DNA from: Lama guanicoe
Taxonomy: Eukaryota
Reading direction: 5' to 3'
Length of the DNA stretch: 64,000 nucleotides
Assembly (NCBI GenBank): GCA_013239625.1
Contig: MU054212.1
Coordinates: 434,001-498,000, forward strand
Both the position numbers and the translations under genes were made by a program. This document shows, piece after piece, positions 16,661 through 30,230 of this stretch (position 1 is the stretch's first letter; every line of letters begins with the position of its first letter). The notes under the pieces are model-generated. The model was not told the origin of the DNA and searched no databases. It saw nothing but the letters and a program-made list of their open reading frames with translations.

Positions 16661-17559
16661 AGTATGTTTTAATTTAGTGGCAATATTTCCCTAACGTTGA
16701 TTGATAACCATGATTCTCTAAGGGCATCCCATCTCAGTTTCCAGGCTAAGGTAACAAAGGCTTATACTCACAGCAGTGAGAAGGAAGAAAAAGGTCTTAG
16801 AGGATCTCTATATAAAAGAAAAATCTACATGAAAGAAAAATATATTAAAAAACTTTTACTTCAAATTTAAATTCCATTCCTAAGTCTGCCACTTTCAATA
16901 GATGATATTTTCAGTAAATTATCACTTTTATTTTCAGTGTCTCGAGTAGAATGGAATTAGCTAGCTAAATTATGTGATCCTGTGATGTGTTGTTAAACTT
17001 TACTGCTTTATTTTCTTTAGATCTAGAGCTTGAAGACCTGTGTCATTCTCACATATAAGTTTTCTCTTTCTTTGCATTAAGTTCAGGTTCTTTATGATCA
17101 GTTGCAAAAAATAATATGCCTTTGATCCTAACTGAAAAATATAATTTAAGGGAAGTCATGAAGCCTGCAATATTCAAAGCTTAACTTTTATTTTAAAAAT
17201 TGTAGTACCCCACCAAGAAAAAAAAAATTAAAAAATTAAAAATTGTGATAGGAAAATTACTTCAAAACACATGTTACATCCTAATAACAATTGAAAAAAA
17301 TTGCTGTTCAGGATGCGGGCATTTTTGGTATAAATCTGACAAAGATGAAGAGTTAGCACCAGTAGATAAATCAGCTGCACCACCATGCACACTGTAAATT
17401 CGGCTGATGCTTTTTTTCATTATGTGACTTTATTGATCAAGTTAGCAGTATGTTGATTTACATTGTGATACAAGCACCTTTTCTCATTTGTGGAGTAAGC
17501 ATTTCACAGGCCAGCACTAATTACTGTTTCTACTGAATTACTGCTGCTGTTTCTACTGA

Positions 17560-17856
<297 letters not shown>

Positions 17857-18619
17857 TAACATTCTGGAATTTTTTTTTTTAATACTGTCTATACCCAAGT
17901 CTAAACATCAAACTTTTTCTTCATGGTTCTCTACCTTGTGCTATAATTTGGGTGCCAGTTTTGTGACATAAATAATATACTTCCTAAAGATAAAAAGCTT
18001 ATCTCAACTCTTGAGATAATTTCACTGGAATCCTAGATTATTTATAAGCACTTTAATGGGATTGTGCATGTGTTATCCTGGTTTATCAAAGTTCAGAAAA
18101 TAATTTCTCTCTTATCCTGTCATCAAAATGACTTAATAAAATAAATAACTTTACAAAAGTTGCTAGTAAAACTATATTGTTAAAAGGCATCTTTTTTTAA
18201 AAGTGACTACTCAGAATTTTAGATATGAAAACCTCACTTACCCAGAATGCCGGTTATTTATAAACCATATTTGAGTAAAAAGAACTTTGGGAGAAACACT
18301 GAGATGCAGTTAGCTCCTTCAAATACAGCACTTACGTTTAATGTAATTTGAGAACGTATGCAGCTTTAAAGCTCCTGATACTTAGAAGAGAGAAGATAGT
18401 TCTTCCAAAAGCTGCAAAGTCTCTTACAGCTATTACCACATTTCCACTTTCCCCACCAGCAAGTCCTCTCTGACGTGACCCTTCTGCTGGTCATCAAGTA
18501 GAGTTAGCCTGGATAAGCCTGTGTTTGCACCCCCCATGTGGCCTAGGGGCTATGGCAGGGCACAGTCTTCCCCTGAAAACTACATGACTGGACACACCCT
18601 AGGAGAATTGAATAGTCTG

Positions 18620-18741
18620 AAGAATATAGGGACATGTCATGTAATCAGATAGCTACCAAATAAGCACCTGGAACTTGTCATAAAGAATATAGGGACATGT
18701 CATGTAATCAGATAGCTACCAAATAAGCACCTGGAACTTGT
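18620..18741. repeat. Tandem duplication: two identical 59-bp copies, period 63
   Basis: 18620-18678 is identical to 18683-18741 (aagaatatagggacatgtcatgtaatcagatagctaccaaataagcacctggaacttgt). Confidence 0.95.
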
Positions 18742-18804
18742 TGTAATAGTAAAAAGTTCATGTTTAGCCACTTGTCCCCATTTGCAGCCAAGGGGAAGCA
18801 GAAT

Positions 18805-18990
18805 AGGAAAGTGCTTAAGAGCTCTGGCTCTGGAGTTAGATCTTGGGCAGGGTCCCAGCTCTTCTACCTCCTGGCTTTGGGAACCTGAGTGAGCTGTCTT
18901 GACTTCCCTGGGTCTCCGTTAGTTCACCTGTGAAATAGGCAGAGTGGAAGCTACTGCAGGAGTGTGAGAGTCATCCCAGATAACGTATAC
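18805..18990 (+). mobile_element. MIR SINE
   Basis: gtgcttaagagctctggctctggagttaga...cccagctct...ctgggtctccgttagttcacctgtgaaatagg. Confidence 0.7.
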
Positions 18991-19185
18991 AACACATTTG
19001 ATGTTTGCTGCTATTATTTTTAGTATAAATGAGGAAACTGATGCAAAGTAGTGAAATCACTCATCAACATGACACACCTACTAACAGAAGAATCATGTAA
19101 ACTTAGAAGGCATTACATGAGACATGCTTATGCTGAAAGATGTATGTTGCAAGTACAGTTTTCTAAATTTGTAATTTATTTTTAA

Positions 19186-19284
<99 letters not shown>

Positions 19285-19580
19285 ATGTTGAAGCAAAAAC
19301 AGAAGAGGGCAGTCTTTTTCTTTAGTTATTTATAGTTAAAGTTGGTATTAAACACTGATTTTTTGATCTTCTATAAACTGATTTATAAATCATTTTTCTA
19401 TTGAAAATGTTTTTAAATGGCATTTACCTACTACACAGACAACTATTTAAAATGTGGATAAGTTTATGTTGTATTTTCTTGCTCCTGCACCTTTAAAATA
19501 AGGTGCTTTCATTTTGCACTCTTAAGTTAAGAGCTGTTTATTTACTTTTAATACCCAATTACAATTTTGAAAATATGGCA
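19285..19580 (+). other. RBBP8: RBBP8 3' UTR (approximate extent)
   Basis: AT-rich sequence after the stop codon, with ATTAAA at 19347-19352. The 3' end cannot be determined from sequence alone. Confidence 0.55.
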
Positions 19581-21152
19581 GTTGTAGTCTGATTTGTCAC
19601 CTTTCAGATCTTTTACTCCATATTCCCTTGGTATTCACAGTCAGCCATGACTCCATGCTAATCATAACAAGTTTTCATTCTCTTAAACAAATTGCTGTTA
19701 TATAGGTCATTCCAATGTCTGGCATTTAAGTCTTCTCAAAAAAGTGCTAAATGTTAAGTCCTTTTAACTTTCTAGCTTCTCTTGTTGACTTGAAAGGAGG
19801 TACTGCTCTAGTGAATTCCTTTCAAGATGACTATGAATGAACTTTTTCCTTACCCATATACTATAAATTAACATCACACCCTGATCTTATCATAATAGTC
19901 CAGCTCTTCACATGTTTTCTTTTCATCATACTTGTTTTTCCTATTTCTCATCGGTCAGAATTGTTACTTGGCTACCTCTAATAACAGAGATGAAATTAGA
20001 GCTCGGGACTGCCTGATTCCAGAATCAGCGCTTGTGTCCACTATAGTATAGTGCTTCTAAAGGCCAGAAGGCCGAGAAACACCTGGATTGGAACAAGGCA
20101 CCACAGATGTGCAGTTAGAGCTAAACACCTCCAGTGATTTGTTTAAGAGGGAGCCTAAGCAGAGACAAGAGATTGTCTACCTGATGGCTTGACAGCAGTC
20201 CAACCCTTTAACTAGCATTTTTCATTTTTTCTCAATCACCCTGTAAGGTTGGGTAAACCGAGGTCCTGTCATCTGCTATTGACCAGCTCTACCTTTAAAT
20301 GAAGTAATGAAATATATGCTTTTTAAAGACACTTGAGTTAGACAGATGCATTTAAACTCAAAACTGCAGTTTGTGACACATAGCACACTGTCAAACTTTA
20401 AATGTATATGAAAGGGCTTTCTTCATTTGTAAAGCATTATTCATGTTAGACAGTGTTTTCAAATATGTATCAGTCACTGTTTGTATATAGCTATATATAG
20501 TTTCAGGTTGCCTATGAGCTTTTTAAAGTTGAAGACCTGTGATTTAAACTTTGAAAGTATGCAGAACCTCTGTGTCAGCACTGAACATTGGACTAACACC
20601 TTTTCTGCCTTTGACAGGCATTCCGATTAAACCATTTGAAATCCAAGGTTGTCAGAGGCAGTGGTTTGAATGAGTTAATCACTAGTACCCAAATGTATAC
20701 AGAAGATACAACGTGCTACCTTGAGAAAAGAACAAATGAAGCAGAAAAATATTCCCTAACACCTTTCATGTAGTGAAAAATCTTCCAAAGTCCAACTGGA
20801 AAGGCAGCTGTTGGTAGGCTCCAAGTATTAGTACCTCAGTTTAAACTGCATCTAGCATTTGTATTTAAAAGTTTACAGAGGACATTCTTAGGACCTCTAA
20901 AACCAGTAACTGAAAAACAGCAAATATTCCTTCCCCAGATTAGCTTTAATTCATAATTCAGTTGTTAAAAAAGGAACAGTGTTATGTAAACCAAATAACA
21001 TTAATACATTTACTTGAACATTTACCAGGCACTATCTTTCCAGGCATAATACTAAGTACAGTATCAGAATCAGGCAGAATTTGACAGATGTTTTCCAATG
21101 GGGCAAGCTTTTGAAAAAAACACACCTAAGAATCTTCAGTTATCCCTGACAT

Positions 21153-21280
21153 TTTTTTTAACTCTGTTTTTGTGGCTAGGGGTAATTAAGTTTATTTATT
21201 TTAATGGAGGTACCAGGGATTGAACCTAGGACCTGGTGCATGCTAAGCATGTGCTCTACCACTGGGCTACACCCTCCACC
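21153..21280 (-). mobile_element. tRNA-derived SINE (camelid vic-1-like) with TSD tccctgacat
   Basis: Antisense A/B boxes (gggattgaacc; ctctaccactgggcta). Target-site duplication on both sides. Confidence 0.85.
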
Positions 21281-21447
21281 TGTCCCTGACATCTTAACAT
21301 AACAAGCATGAATTTTGAAAAATACCACTTCAGAAACAAGCATTTAAAATACATCTCGATTTTTACCATTCAGCTGTCTATTCGCAACAAGCTTAGCAGT
21401 TTAAGACATATCTCAAAATCTCTTTGCTGAGCTGATGCTGTTAGAAT

Positions 21448-21496
21448 GGTTCCTTAGAAGGCTGAAGGTTCCTTAGAAGGCTGAAGTGTCCTTAGA
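21448..21496. repeat. 19-bp tandem repeat, ~2.5 copies (ggttccttagaaggctgaa)
   Basis: Read directly from the sequence. Confidence 0.85.
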
Positions 21497-23712
21497 CTCA
21501 AATCCTTCAGCATGCACTTAAGGAGTTAATGAAGCAGTTGTCTACTGTGACACCAGCAGAGGCCACAAGAGAGGTATTTTTGGAGGATAATCAGTGGAAA
21601 CTAGGGGCTGAATGGGATGATCATTTACAAATTTCTAGGATAAATAGGGTATGAGTTGGAAACCTTTGGAACAGTAATGAGAGCTCACTGGGCAAAAACA
21701 AGCTTGTCAACATAGCTATTGTTAGAATAAAACAAATCGCTGAGGCAATAATTCATGGTCCTGAAGAAAAAATTAACACTGTGTACTTACCATATGCTAA
21801 GCATTCGGAGATACAGAGATGTGAGGTCTGTTACTAAACAGTGGGAGACCGGATATAAACATACAAAGATGCCTAAGAGGTCAAAGGACCTTGGACTGAG
21901 TGCCAAAGAAATACTAAGGATTATCTGAACTTGAACTGTGCCTGCAGATGAGTTAACCTAGAGAAGCAGGTCAGAGACAAACCAGGGCAGGAGTACCAGC
22001 TCAGTCACTTAAGAGTCTGACATGGCCAATGCACTCAAATTCTCCCACCTTCCTGTACCTTCAAATAACAAGGTTATCGTGGGGACTGGATGAGATGCTA
22101 CAGGAACTTGCCTCAGAGCCTGGTCCATAGTAACCATTCAGTTCTTGATAGCTGTTATCATCGTTGTCAGTATTGCAGAGATGGTGGTGATGAATCAGAA
22201 AGCAAGCCTCTTGGACAAGTCAGAATTTGAGCTCCTCCTTAACAACTAGGTTGCATTTAGAGAGACCGGAGGAGCAAGGTGGGAGACGGGTCTGTAAAGG
22301 AAAAGGGTCACAAGGAGGCAGTAGAACAGGAGGGGTGTTACCGGCTGTGGTGAGGGCTTCGAGGAGAAGCGAATTACCAGGGCAGGAGAGAGCAGGGAAG
22401 TCACAGCCCACAGGGCACATGTGGGTGCTTAAGTCGGGATCTCTAAGGGAACTGCACAGAGGAGTGTCCACGACCCCGGCACTCCTCCTAAGCCCCCGGA
22501 TCCTCTGTACTTTCTAACTGTTCAGACTCTGGAGGAGGGGTACTCCTCCACAGCAGGTATCACTTCTAGGCCATGGAGTCATTTTCAAATGCTGTTATTT
22601 TTGAAGAGTGAATATAATTCCATAAATTTTATTCCATAAATATTAATTGACCACTACTTACCTGCTCATACTGAAATCAGCAAAGACTAGAGGCAGAAAC
22701 AGAAAAGCGCTCCCAGGCCCAGAAGAAAACCAAAAGACTGAATTAGTACTTTTAGAAGAACACTCTCAAAGGGACTTTCCAAAACGGACACAACCTTGTT
22801 TCATAATTCAGGGCCTGAAAGAGAAGCCAGTTTGCCTGTCTGCAGATGCAGCACACAGAAGGCTGATAGCTCAGCTGGTGAGTGTGTATTTCAGGTACAA
22901 GGTGTCTGGCTCGCAACACCACCTGTCCCCCAACTTACTTTCCTGGGCACCCCATTTGTTCCAGACAAGAGGGGTAGCCAGGTTAACCTGACACAGCTGC
23001 TGAATTATCCAAAGATGTTCCCTGGCACACCCCACCCTCTCTCTGCATAGAAAACAGATGAAAGCCTCCACTGTAGGAAAACTACAGTGGGAAGCCTGTC
23101 AAGACTTCCCCTCAAAATACTACAACATGACTTACGTAAGTAGTGTCCAAACACCTCCAAGAGAGAACAATGTGGAAATGTCAGAAATATGATCACCTGT
23201 GAAATCAGCTGTATAAACGAAGATATTTATCACGGTTCTATTTGTCCTTTAACAATGTAAACATTGCATGTTTTCAATTCATTAGAAACAAATAAAAACC
23301 TATAGCCTTCATCTCAGGAGGAGATAACCCACTGCTGTGAGGATTTTGTCTCCTTCCAATCATTTTATCATCCAATTCCTGTGACTTGCTCTCAACTGAG
23401 TAGACTCTTCAAGGGCTCCAGAATTACCCCATTTGCCTGTGATCCTAATGAAATGCTCCTCATTACAGTATTATTTCTTCATGGTCAGGCTTTCTACAGA
23501 ACTCCAGGAGGCTCCTGTTCAGATGTGAACATGCCTACCTATACACTGAATACTTTAATGGTCATTCTCACCTGAGCAGCAATTCATTTCTCAGGTAACC
23601 AGCTGCCATGCTGGAAAGGAGAACAGGGCCCAAGGTACAATGTACTCCCCATGGAGCAGAAGGACCAGGCACTGCCCAGGAAATGCAGCAGAGTCTGCCA
23701 GGCACCCCAGAG

Positions 23713-23783
23713 TTATACTTTTTAAAGGAAATGTTGTGCTTATGATTAATGTTCTTTTAATGAAAATTTTAATGATGTAACTG
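23713..23783 (+). repeat. 71-bp dispersed direct repeat, copy 1 (copy 2 at 25631-25701)
   Basis: 70/71 identical to 25631-25701. Confidence 0.92.
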
Positions 23784-23844
23784 GGTCCCTAGAGTTGTAT
23801 GTACCTGCAGTGAGCGCAGCAGTGACGGTGGTGGGCTTGCTCTT

Positions 23845-24958
23845 CCATACTTACTCTTTAAAGCTACGCTTTTTAACATTCTGCATAGGGATGTTTGTCT
23901 TGAAGAAAAGCACTTGCACAATTGAGCTGCATGCTGAACTATCCACTCTGCATGGAATGCTGTTACAAAAGCAGGAATAACAAATATTATGACTATTCAG
24001 ACTTGATTATTTGGCAGACATTTTTTTCAAAAATGAATGAAGTAAGCCTGTTACTGCAAGGAAAACAACCTTCCATATTTGTTGCCAATGATAAAATTTG
24101 AGATTTCAAGTAAAAAATCAGAATTTTGGAAAACTGGTACTGCTACTTTTCTGATGAGATCGGTGACAGTGTTAATGAATGTGACTTTTTATCATATGCT
24201 GAAACGTGTCAATATCTAGGAGATCTACATACCTCAGTTGAATCGATATTTCTCAAATGACCAATGATTTATTATAAATCATGCGTAGATAAAAGATCCA
24301 AATTGCAAGATAGCCCTATGGGTTTTAATGCAAGAGTACAAAAAAATTCATTGATATGGTTTCAGATTCTACATTTGTAACTGACGTTTAAGAAACTGCC
24401 ACTTGTTGAGTACTGACATAGCATCAAAGACTAAAATCCAAAATTATCTGGGAAATCCATTAAAAATGTGTCAGGCCTAATTTTTATTTTCTCAACCAAA
24501 ACATTATCACAAACTGAATACAGAAGCAGACAAGAATCCAACTATCCTCTGTTAAGCCAAACATTGAAGAGATTTGAAACATCTGTTTTTGTTTTTTCAG
24601 ATTTTTGGGGGGCAGGGTAGGTAACTAGGCCTAATTATATTTATTTATTTATTTTTAATAGAGGTACTGGGGATTGAACCCAGAACCTCATGCATACTAA
24701 GCACGCACTCTACCACTGAGCTATACCCTCCCCTCCCTAAGTTTATTTTTTGGAACTATATAGTTATTTTTCATTAAAATTTTACATTTTTTGTCAAAAT
24801 GTAATGGGTTTATTTTTGTTATTTTTAGAGGAATTAATAAGCATTTTAAATATCTTTTAATTTCTAATACGATAAATATCAATTGATAAAATGTAAATAA
24901 CCAAAGCATATCTTCTAAGTTGAAAGGCATCCTGACACCAGAAAGTTCAAGAACTGCA
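23845..24958 (+). mobile_element. Charlie1-like hAT DNA transposon remnant, interrupted by a SINE
   Basis: Degenerate transposase segments (tatttggcagacatttt = YLADIF; aaaatgaatgaagtaagcctg = KMNEVSL; gttgccaatgataaaatt = VANDKI). End resembles the Charlie TIR. Confidence 0.75.
24590..24735 (-). mobile_element. vic-1-like SINE inside Charlie1
   Basis: gaggtactggggattgaacccag...ctctaccactgagctataccctcccc. Confidence 0.85.
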
Positions 24959-25679
24959 GATGTGGTAGGGAGAGAATGCACTTTGGGTCAAACCAACCCA
25001 GGCCCCAGTACGGAGTCTGCTACTTTTTAGCTGTGTGACCAGGTGAGGACCATGTAGCTGGTCCCCAGTTTGTTTATATATGTAAAATAGCAAAACCAAT
25101 CTTCCCTCATAGGCTTGTTAAGAATATGAAACAAAACAAAGTAACAGGCTCTATGTCTAACACAGAGCAGGAACTAAAAAGAAAAAAATTAAGAAAATTT
25201 AGTTTCTTTCCTATAAAAAAAAGATTTTACTTCCAGGATGTAAGACTTCTCTACTGGTAGATCTAAAGTCATAATCTTTTGTAATGCTTGGAGGATCATC
25301 TGCTAGACAATTTCAAGACTCCTAAGAAAGGAAATCTCTTCACATGAGATATAGGGAGCAAGAGGGCCATTAATGGCTGTGTGGCTCAAGGTCACATTAG
25401 CCACAAATTAACTCATCAACATGCAAAGAACATAATGGCTACTCTATAGATTAGTACGGGGAGGGGGGTGGGAGAACTAGAAAGAAAAAAACTCTATGTT
25501 AGGGGGGAAAATATGCAGATGAGTACATCCAAGCAGGTGTATAGGAAGAGCGTGATCTGAAGTAACTGAAGTTCTGAGAAAGACATGGCATTCCAGAATA
25601 GAATTGAAAATTTGGCCTGTTTTCCTGGACTTATACTTTATAAAGGAAATGTTGTGCTTATGATTAATGTTCTTTTAAT

Positions 25680-26590
25680 GAAAATTTTAATGATGTAACT
25701 GTGGATTCTCATGTAGTAGTGAGAAATAATAGTCTTGTGAACACCTCACCCAGTTTCCCACTATGGTAACGTCTTGTAAAACTACAGCTCAATATCACAA
25801 CCAGCATACTGCCTCCAATACCACCCACCACCTTAATCAGATTTCCCCAGTTTCAGCTGTTCACCTTTGTGTGTATGTGTATTTAGTTCTATACAATTTT
25901 ATCACATACTCAGGTATCCACCTGACAATGATCTGTTATCCATTTCTAAAATCTTCTCTTATCAAAAATGCTAGATAAATGGAATCACACAGTATGTAAC
26001 ATTTTGGGATTGGCTTTTTTTCCCTCAGCAAAGTTCATACAAATTTCTGCATGTGTCAATACTTCATTCCTTTTTACTGCTGATTGCTATTCCGTGGTGT
26101 GGATGTACTACAGTTTGTTTATCCTGTTGAAGGACATCTGGGCTATTTCCGGTTTGGGGCTATTACAAATAAAGCTGCTATGAACATTCAAGTAGTAATT
26201 TTTGTGAGAACACAAATTTTCATTTCTCTGGGAAAGTGCCTAAAAGTATCATTACTGGATCATATGGTAAATAGCATGATTCGTTTTATAAGAAACTGCC
26301 AAACTGTTTTCCACAATGGCTGTAGCTTTTACATTCTCAGCAGCAATGTATGAATGATCCGTTTCTCCACATCCTTGCCAGCATTTGGTGGTGTCACTAT
26401 TTTTTATTTTAGCCACTCTGATAGGCATGTAGTGATATCTCATTGTGTTTTTAATTGGCATTTCCCTGAAGGCTAATGATGCTGAACATCTTTTCATGTG
26501 CTCATTTGCCATCTGTATATCATCTGTATTCAGAAATGTCTCTTCATCTTTTTTGCCCATTTTCTGATTGGATTGTTTTTAACTGTTGAA
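25680..26590 (-). mobile_element. L1MC-like 3' fragment
   Basis: Minus-strand ORF 26252-26560 (DIQMANEHMKRCS..LAFREMPIKNTMRYH) is an L1 ORF2 remnant. L1MC-type 3' UTR lies at the left. Confidence 0.88.
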
Positions 26591-28164
26591 AATGGTTTAT
26601 ATCGAAGTGGAAACCTGCTTACTTTTGTCGATCAAAGCCCATCTTGTAAAATTTATTTAAATGGAAGTCAGTTTGACCCCATAGCAATTTCAGAGCTGCT
26701 AGGGTTGTTTATGGACACCTGGTGAGTACCAGTTTTTAAGTTAGGGTCAGAAAAAAATAAAGCAGGTCGACTCCCTAGATCCTTAGGACTTTCTCTTTCT
26801 GGGACGAAGATTCACACATACCCCTCCCAAAGCTCTGTTGATTCATACCCATTTCTTTGAGCAAAAGTGTGCTAAGCCCAGTACGAGCAGCCTCAGGTGA
26901 AGACATGGACTGAAATGGCTTGTTTCAGTCCAGAGCACCTGGAGCCCCTGTTCCTCAGTGATGGTCTTGAGGGTCAATCTTGGCACAACCAAGAGCGTTA
27001 CTCAGGGCTGATTACTGGCGCACTCTGTAGAAACTGGGCTCAGAACAGACTCAGCTTCCAGACTGTCACATGGCCAGGGGTGTGGGCAAGAGTTAAGGAA
27101 TGGACTGCAAATACATCTAACTAGGGGTTCAGAGGACAGAACTGGAGAGCAGATGGTGTGGAGGAAGGTGGCTGCTGCGTAAGTACTATTTGACCTCAGT
27201 CAGCAATCCCGACGTTGCAAGCCTCTGCCCCTCCCTCATCAAGGTTCTTAACATATCAGCACTGGCCAGCACTCCACAACTTGGAAAGCTTTTCTAAGCC
27301 CGACAAAGATTTTTTTAAATTTATCTGGAAGTGCTCTTCGTTTCAAGCTTTGATTCCACTGTCTGCACACCCTTTGATGTCACACAAAAAGATTTGTCAT
27401 GCTGACCTTGCCCTGCTGAACACGACTACCACTTGCTCAGAGGAACTGAAGATGTCTGTTTTCTCCTTCAGGAAAAAAAAAACAACAAAATTTTCTGATT
27501 TTCTTTTTTTTTTTTTTTCAGTTCCTTTTAGAAGATAAGCTGATAGTGAAACACACTGATTGGTCATGTTATTTTTAAATGAATTTTTAATAGCAAATTT
27601 GTTCCATCTGGGGAAAGGCCGATGGCATTTTCAGCAACCAGGCACAAATCAGGATGGATTATTTCCAGCACTTGAAATAAAGTTTATTTAGATCCACGTC
27701 ACACTGGCTGCTCAGTGTCAGTGGCATTTCCTGACCCTGAAGAGGGGCCAAGCCCTTGGCTGCTCCTCTCATCCCTTGAGGCCACTTGCCTCTCACAATA
27801 TCAAAGACCTTTTGCCCACCACCCCACCACCCCTCTGCGGTTTCTGCCAACAGTTTCAGGGTGGCAGTGGCGGGGGTGGGGGACCACTGTGGTTCACACT
27901 GTGGTGGTAGTTCACACTGAACCTAACCCAGCCATCGGCAAAGGCACTGGGTGGTGTCACGCATCAGTAGCCAAGCTTGGCTTCTCTGGGTGCCATTCCC
28001 AAAGCACACAGCCTTTCATCTGAGAAGAGGGAGCATAAACAGCCAGCAAGCATTTAGGGAGAGCAAGAGATGAGATAGTCCGCGGGCCCCATTTTGACCC
28101 ATCCAGCTCTCGTCTGCCTTTCAGGGGCTCCAGAATTAAAGACATTCAGAAAAAGGAAGGAAAG

Positions 28165-30118
28165 AACAGTTATTTGTACACCCATGTTTATAGCAGCATT
28201 ATTCCCAGCTGCTAAATGGTGGAAACAACCCAAGTGTCCCTAAATGGATGAACGGATTAACAAAATGTGGTATATAACTGTTGGTGGAAATGCAAATTGG
28301 TGCAGCTGCTGGGAAAACAGTATGGAGCTTCCTTTAAAAAACTAAAAATAAAGCTACCATATGATCCAGCAATCCCTACCCCTGGGTTTCTATCCAGAAA
28401 AGACAAAAATTCTAATTCTAAAAGATACGTGCACCCCAATGTTCACAGCAGCACTATTCACAATAGCCAAGATATGGAAATAACCCAAGTGCCCACCAAC
28501 AAATGATTGGCTTAAGATGTGGTGTATATATATACCATGGACTATTACTCAGCCATTCAAAAGAATGAAATACTGCCATTTGCAGCAACATGGATGGATC
28601 TAAACAATGTTATACTTGAAGTCAGACACAGAAAGACAAATATTATGTATCTCTTATATGTGGAATCTAAAACGTAATATAAATGAATTTATTCACAAAA
28701 CAAAAACACTCATAGAAAATAAATTTATGGTTACCAAAGGGGAAAGAGGAGGGGATAAATTAGGAGCATGGGGGGGGTGCGCCTAATTTATTAGGTACAA
28801 ACTACTATACATAGATAAGCAACAAGAATTTATTGTATAGCATAGGGAACTACATTCAATATCTTGTAAACCCCTATAACAGAAAATAATCTGAAAAAAT
28901 ATATAACTGATTCACTGTGCTGTTCACTTGAAACTAACACAATATTATAAATGAACTATACTTCAATTTAAAAAAATGTGGTGTATACATACAATATTAT
29001 TCAGCCATGAAAAGGAAGGTAATTCTTATATGTGCTACAGTGTGGATGAATCTTGAAGACATTATGCTAAGTGGAATAAGCCAGACACCAATGAAAAAAT
29101 ATTGCATGATAAAGTACCTAGAGTAGTTAAATTTGCAGACACAAAAAGTAGAACAGAGGTGACCTGAGGCTGGGAGAGCAGGGAATAAGCAGTTGTCTAA
29201 TGGGTAGGGAGTTTCAGTTTGGCACGCTGAACTGGTCTGGAGATAGATGGGATGGTTGTGCAACAGTGTGAATGTACTAAATGCCACTGAACTGCACACT
29301 TAAAAATGGTTAAAATAATGAACCTTGAGGGGATTATGCTCAGTAAAATGTTAAAGAAAAATACTGTAGGATTTCACTTCTACGTGGAATCTAAAAAACA
29401 AAACAAAGCAAAATCAAACTCACAGAGAACAGATTAATGGTTGCCAGAGAGAAGAGGGGTCAGGGGTCGGGTGATGAAGGAGGTCGAGAGGTACAAACTT
29501 CTGATTATAAAATAATTTCGTCATAGGGATGTAATGCACAGCATAGTGACTATAGTTGGTAATACTGTATTGCAAATTTGAAAGCTTCTAAGATATATAG
29601 CACAGTATCTTGTAGTAACTTATAGTGAAAAAGAAGATGAAAACGAATATATGTATGTTCCTATATGACTAAAGTGTTGTGCTGTACACCAGAAATTGAC
29701 ACATTGTAAACTGACTGTACTTCAATAAAAATATATTTTTTTAAAAAAGCCATGAAAGCTGCTAAGAAAGTAAATCTTAAGGAAAATCTTTTTTCTTGTG
29801 AGCTCTCATCACAAGAAAAAAACTATTAACTCTGCATGGTGACAGATGGTAACCAGACTTATTGTGGTCATTTTTCTATACAAATGTTGAATCATTATGT
29901 GGTACACTTGAAACAAATATAACATTGTATGTCAACAGTACTTCAATAAAAATTTTAACTTAAAAAATAAAAATTATAATTAAAAAATAAAAATAGGAAA
30001 AAATAGTATTCCTCACTATAGATACCTACAGTATCGATTCTCACAAGAGAAATATGTTGCAGAAGAAAAAAATGGGTTAAAACTGTAAATCTTACGTATA
30101 TTTTGCCACAATTTTTAA
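28165..30118 (+). mobile_element. Nested L1 cluster: an old L1MB-like element interrupted by younger L1 3' ends (~28278-28972 and ~29318-30060, the latter containing ~29594-29752)
   Basis: ORF2 C-terminal remnant (LKIKLPYDPAIP), multiple L1 3' tails and TSD-like pairs. Confidence 0.82.
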
Positions 30119-30230
30119 GAAATGAAGGAAAATGTGTTGTGTTTTTTTGCTGCCTCCAGGTCCTTTTCTAAAGGAAGGCATCTGGGTGTCATCGTTACTA
30201 GGTGAGGTCATGGTTAGTGACTAAACTACC

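Noticed and set aside
23845..24958. Domesticated hAT transposase gene
   Set aside because: Broken by stops, frameshifts and a SINE insertion; no long ORF.
23713..25701. 71-bp direct repeats as LTRs of a 2-kb retroelement
   Set aside because: No TG...CA termini, PBS or PPT, and the interior is ancient Charlie1/MIR/unique sequence.
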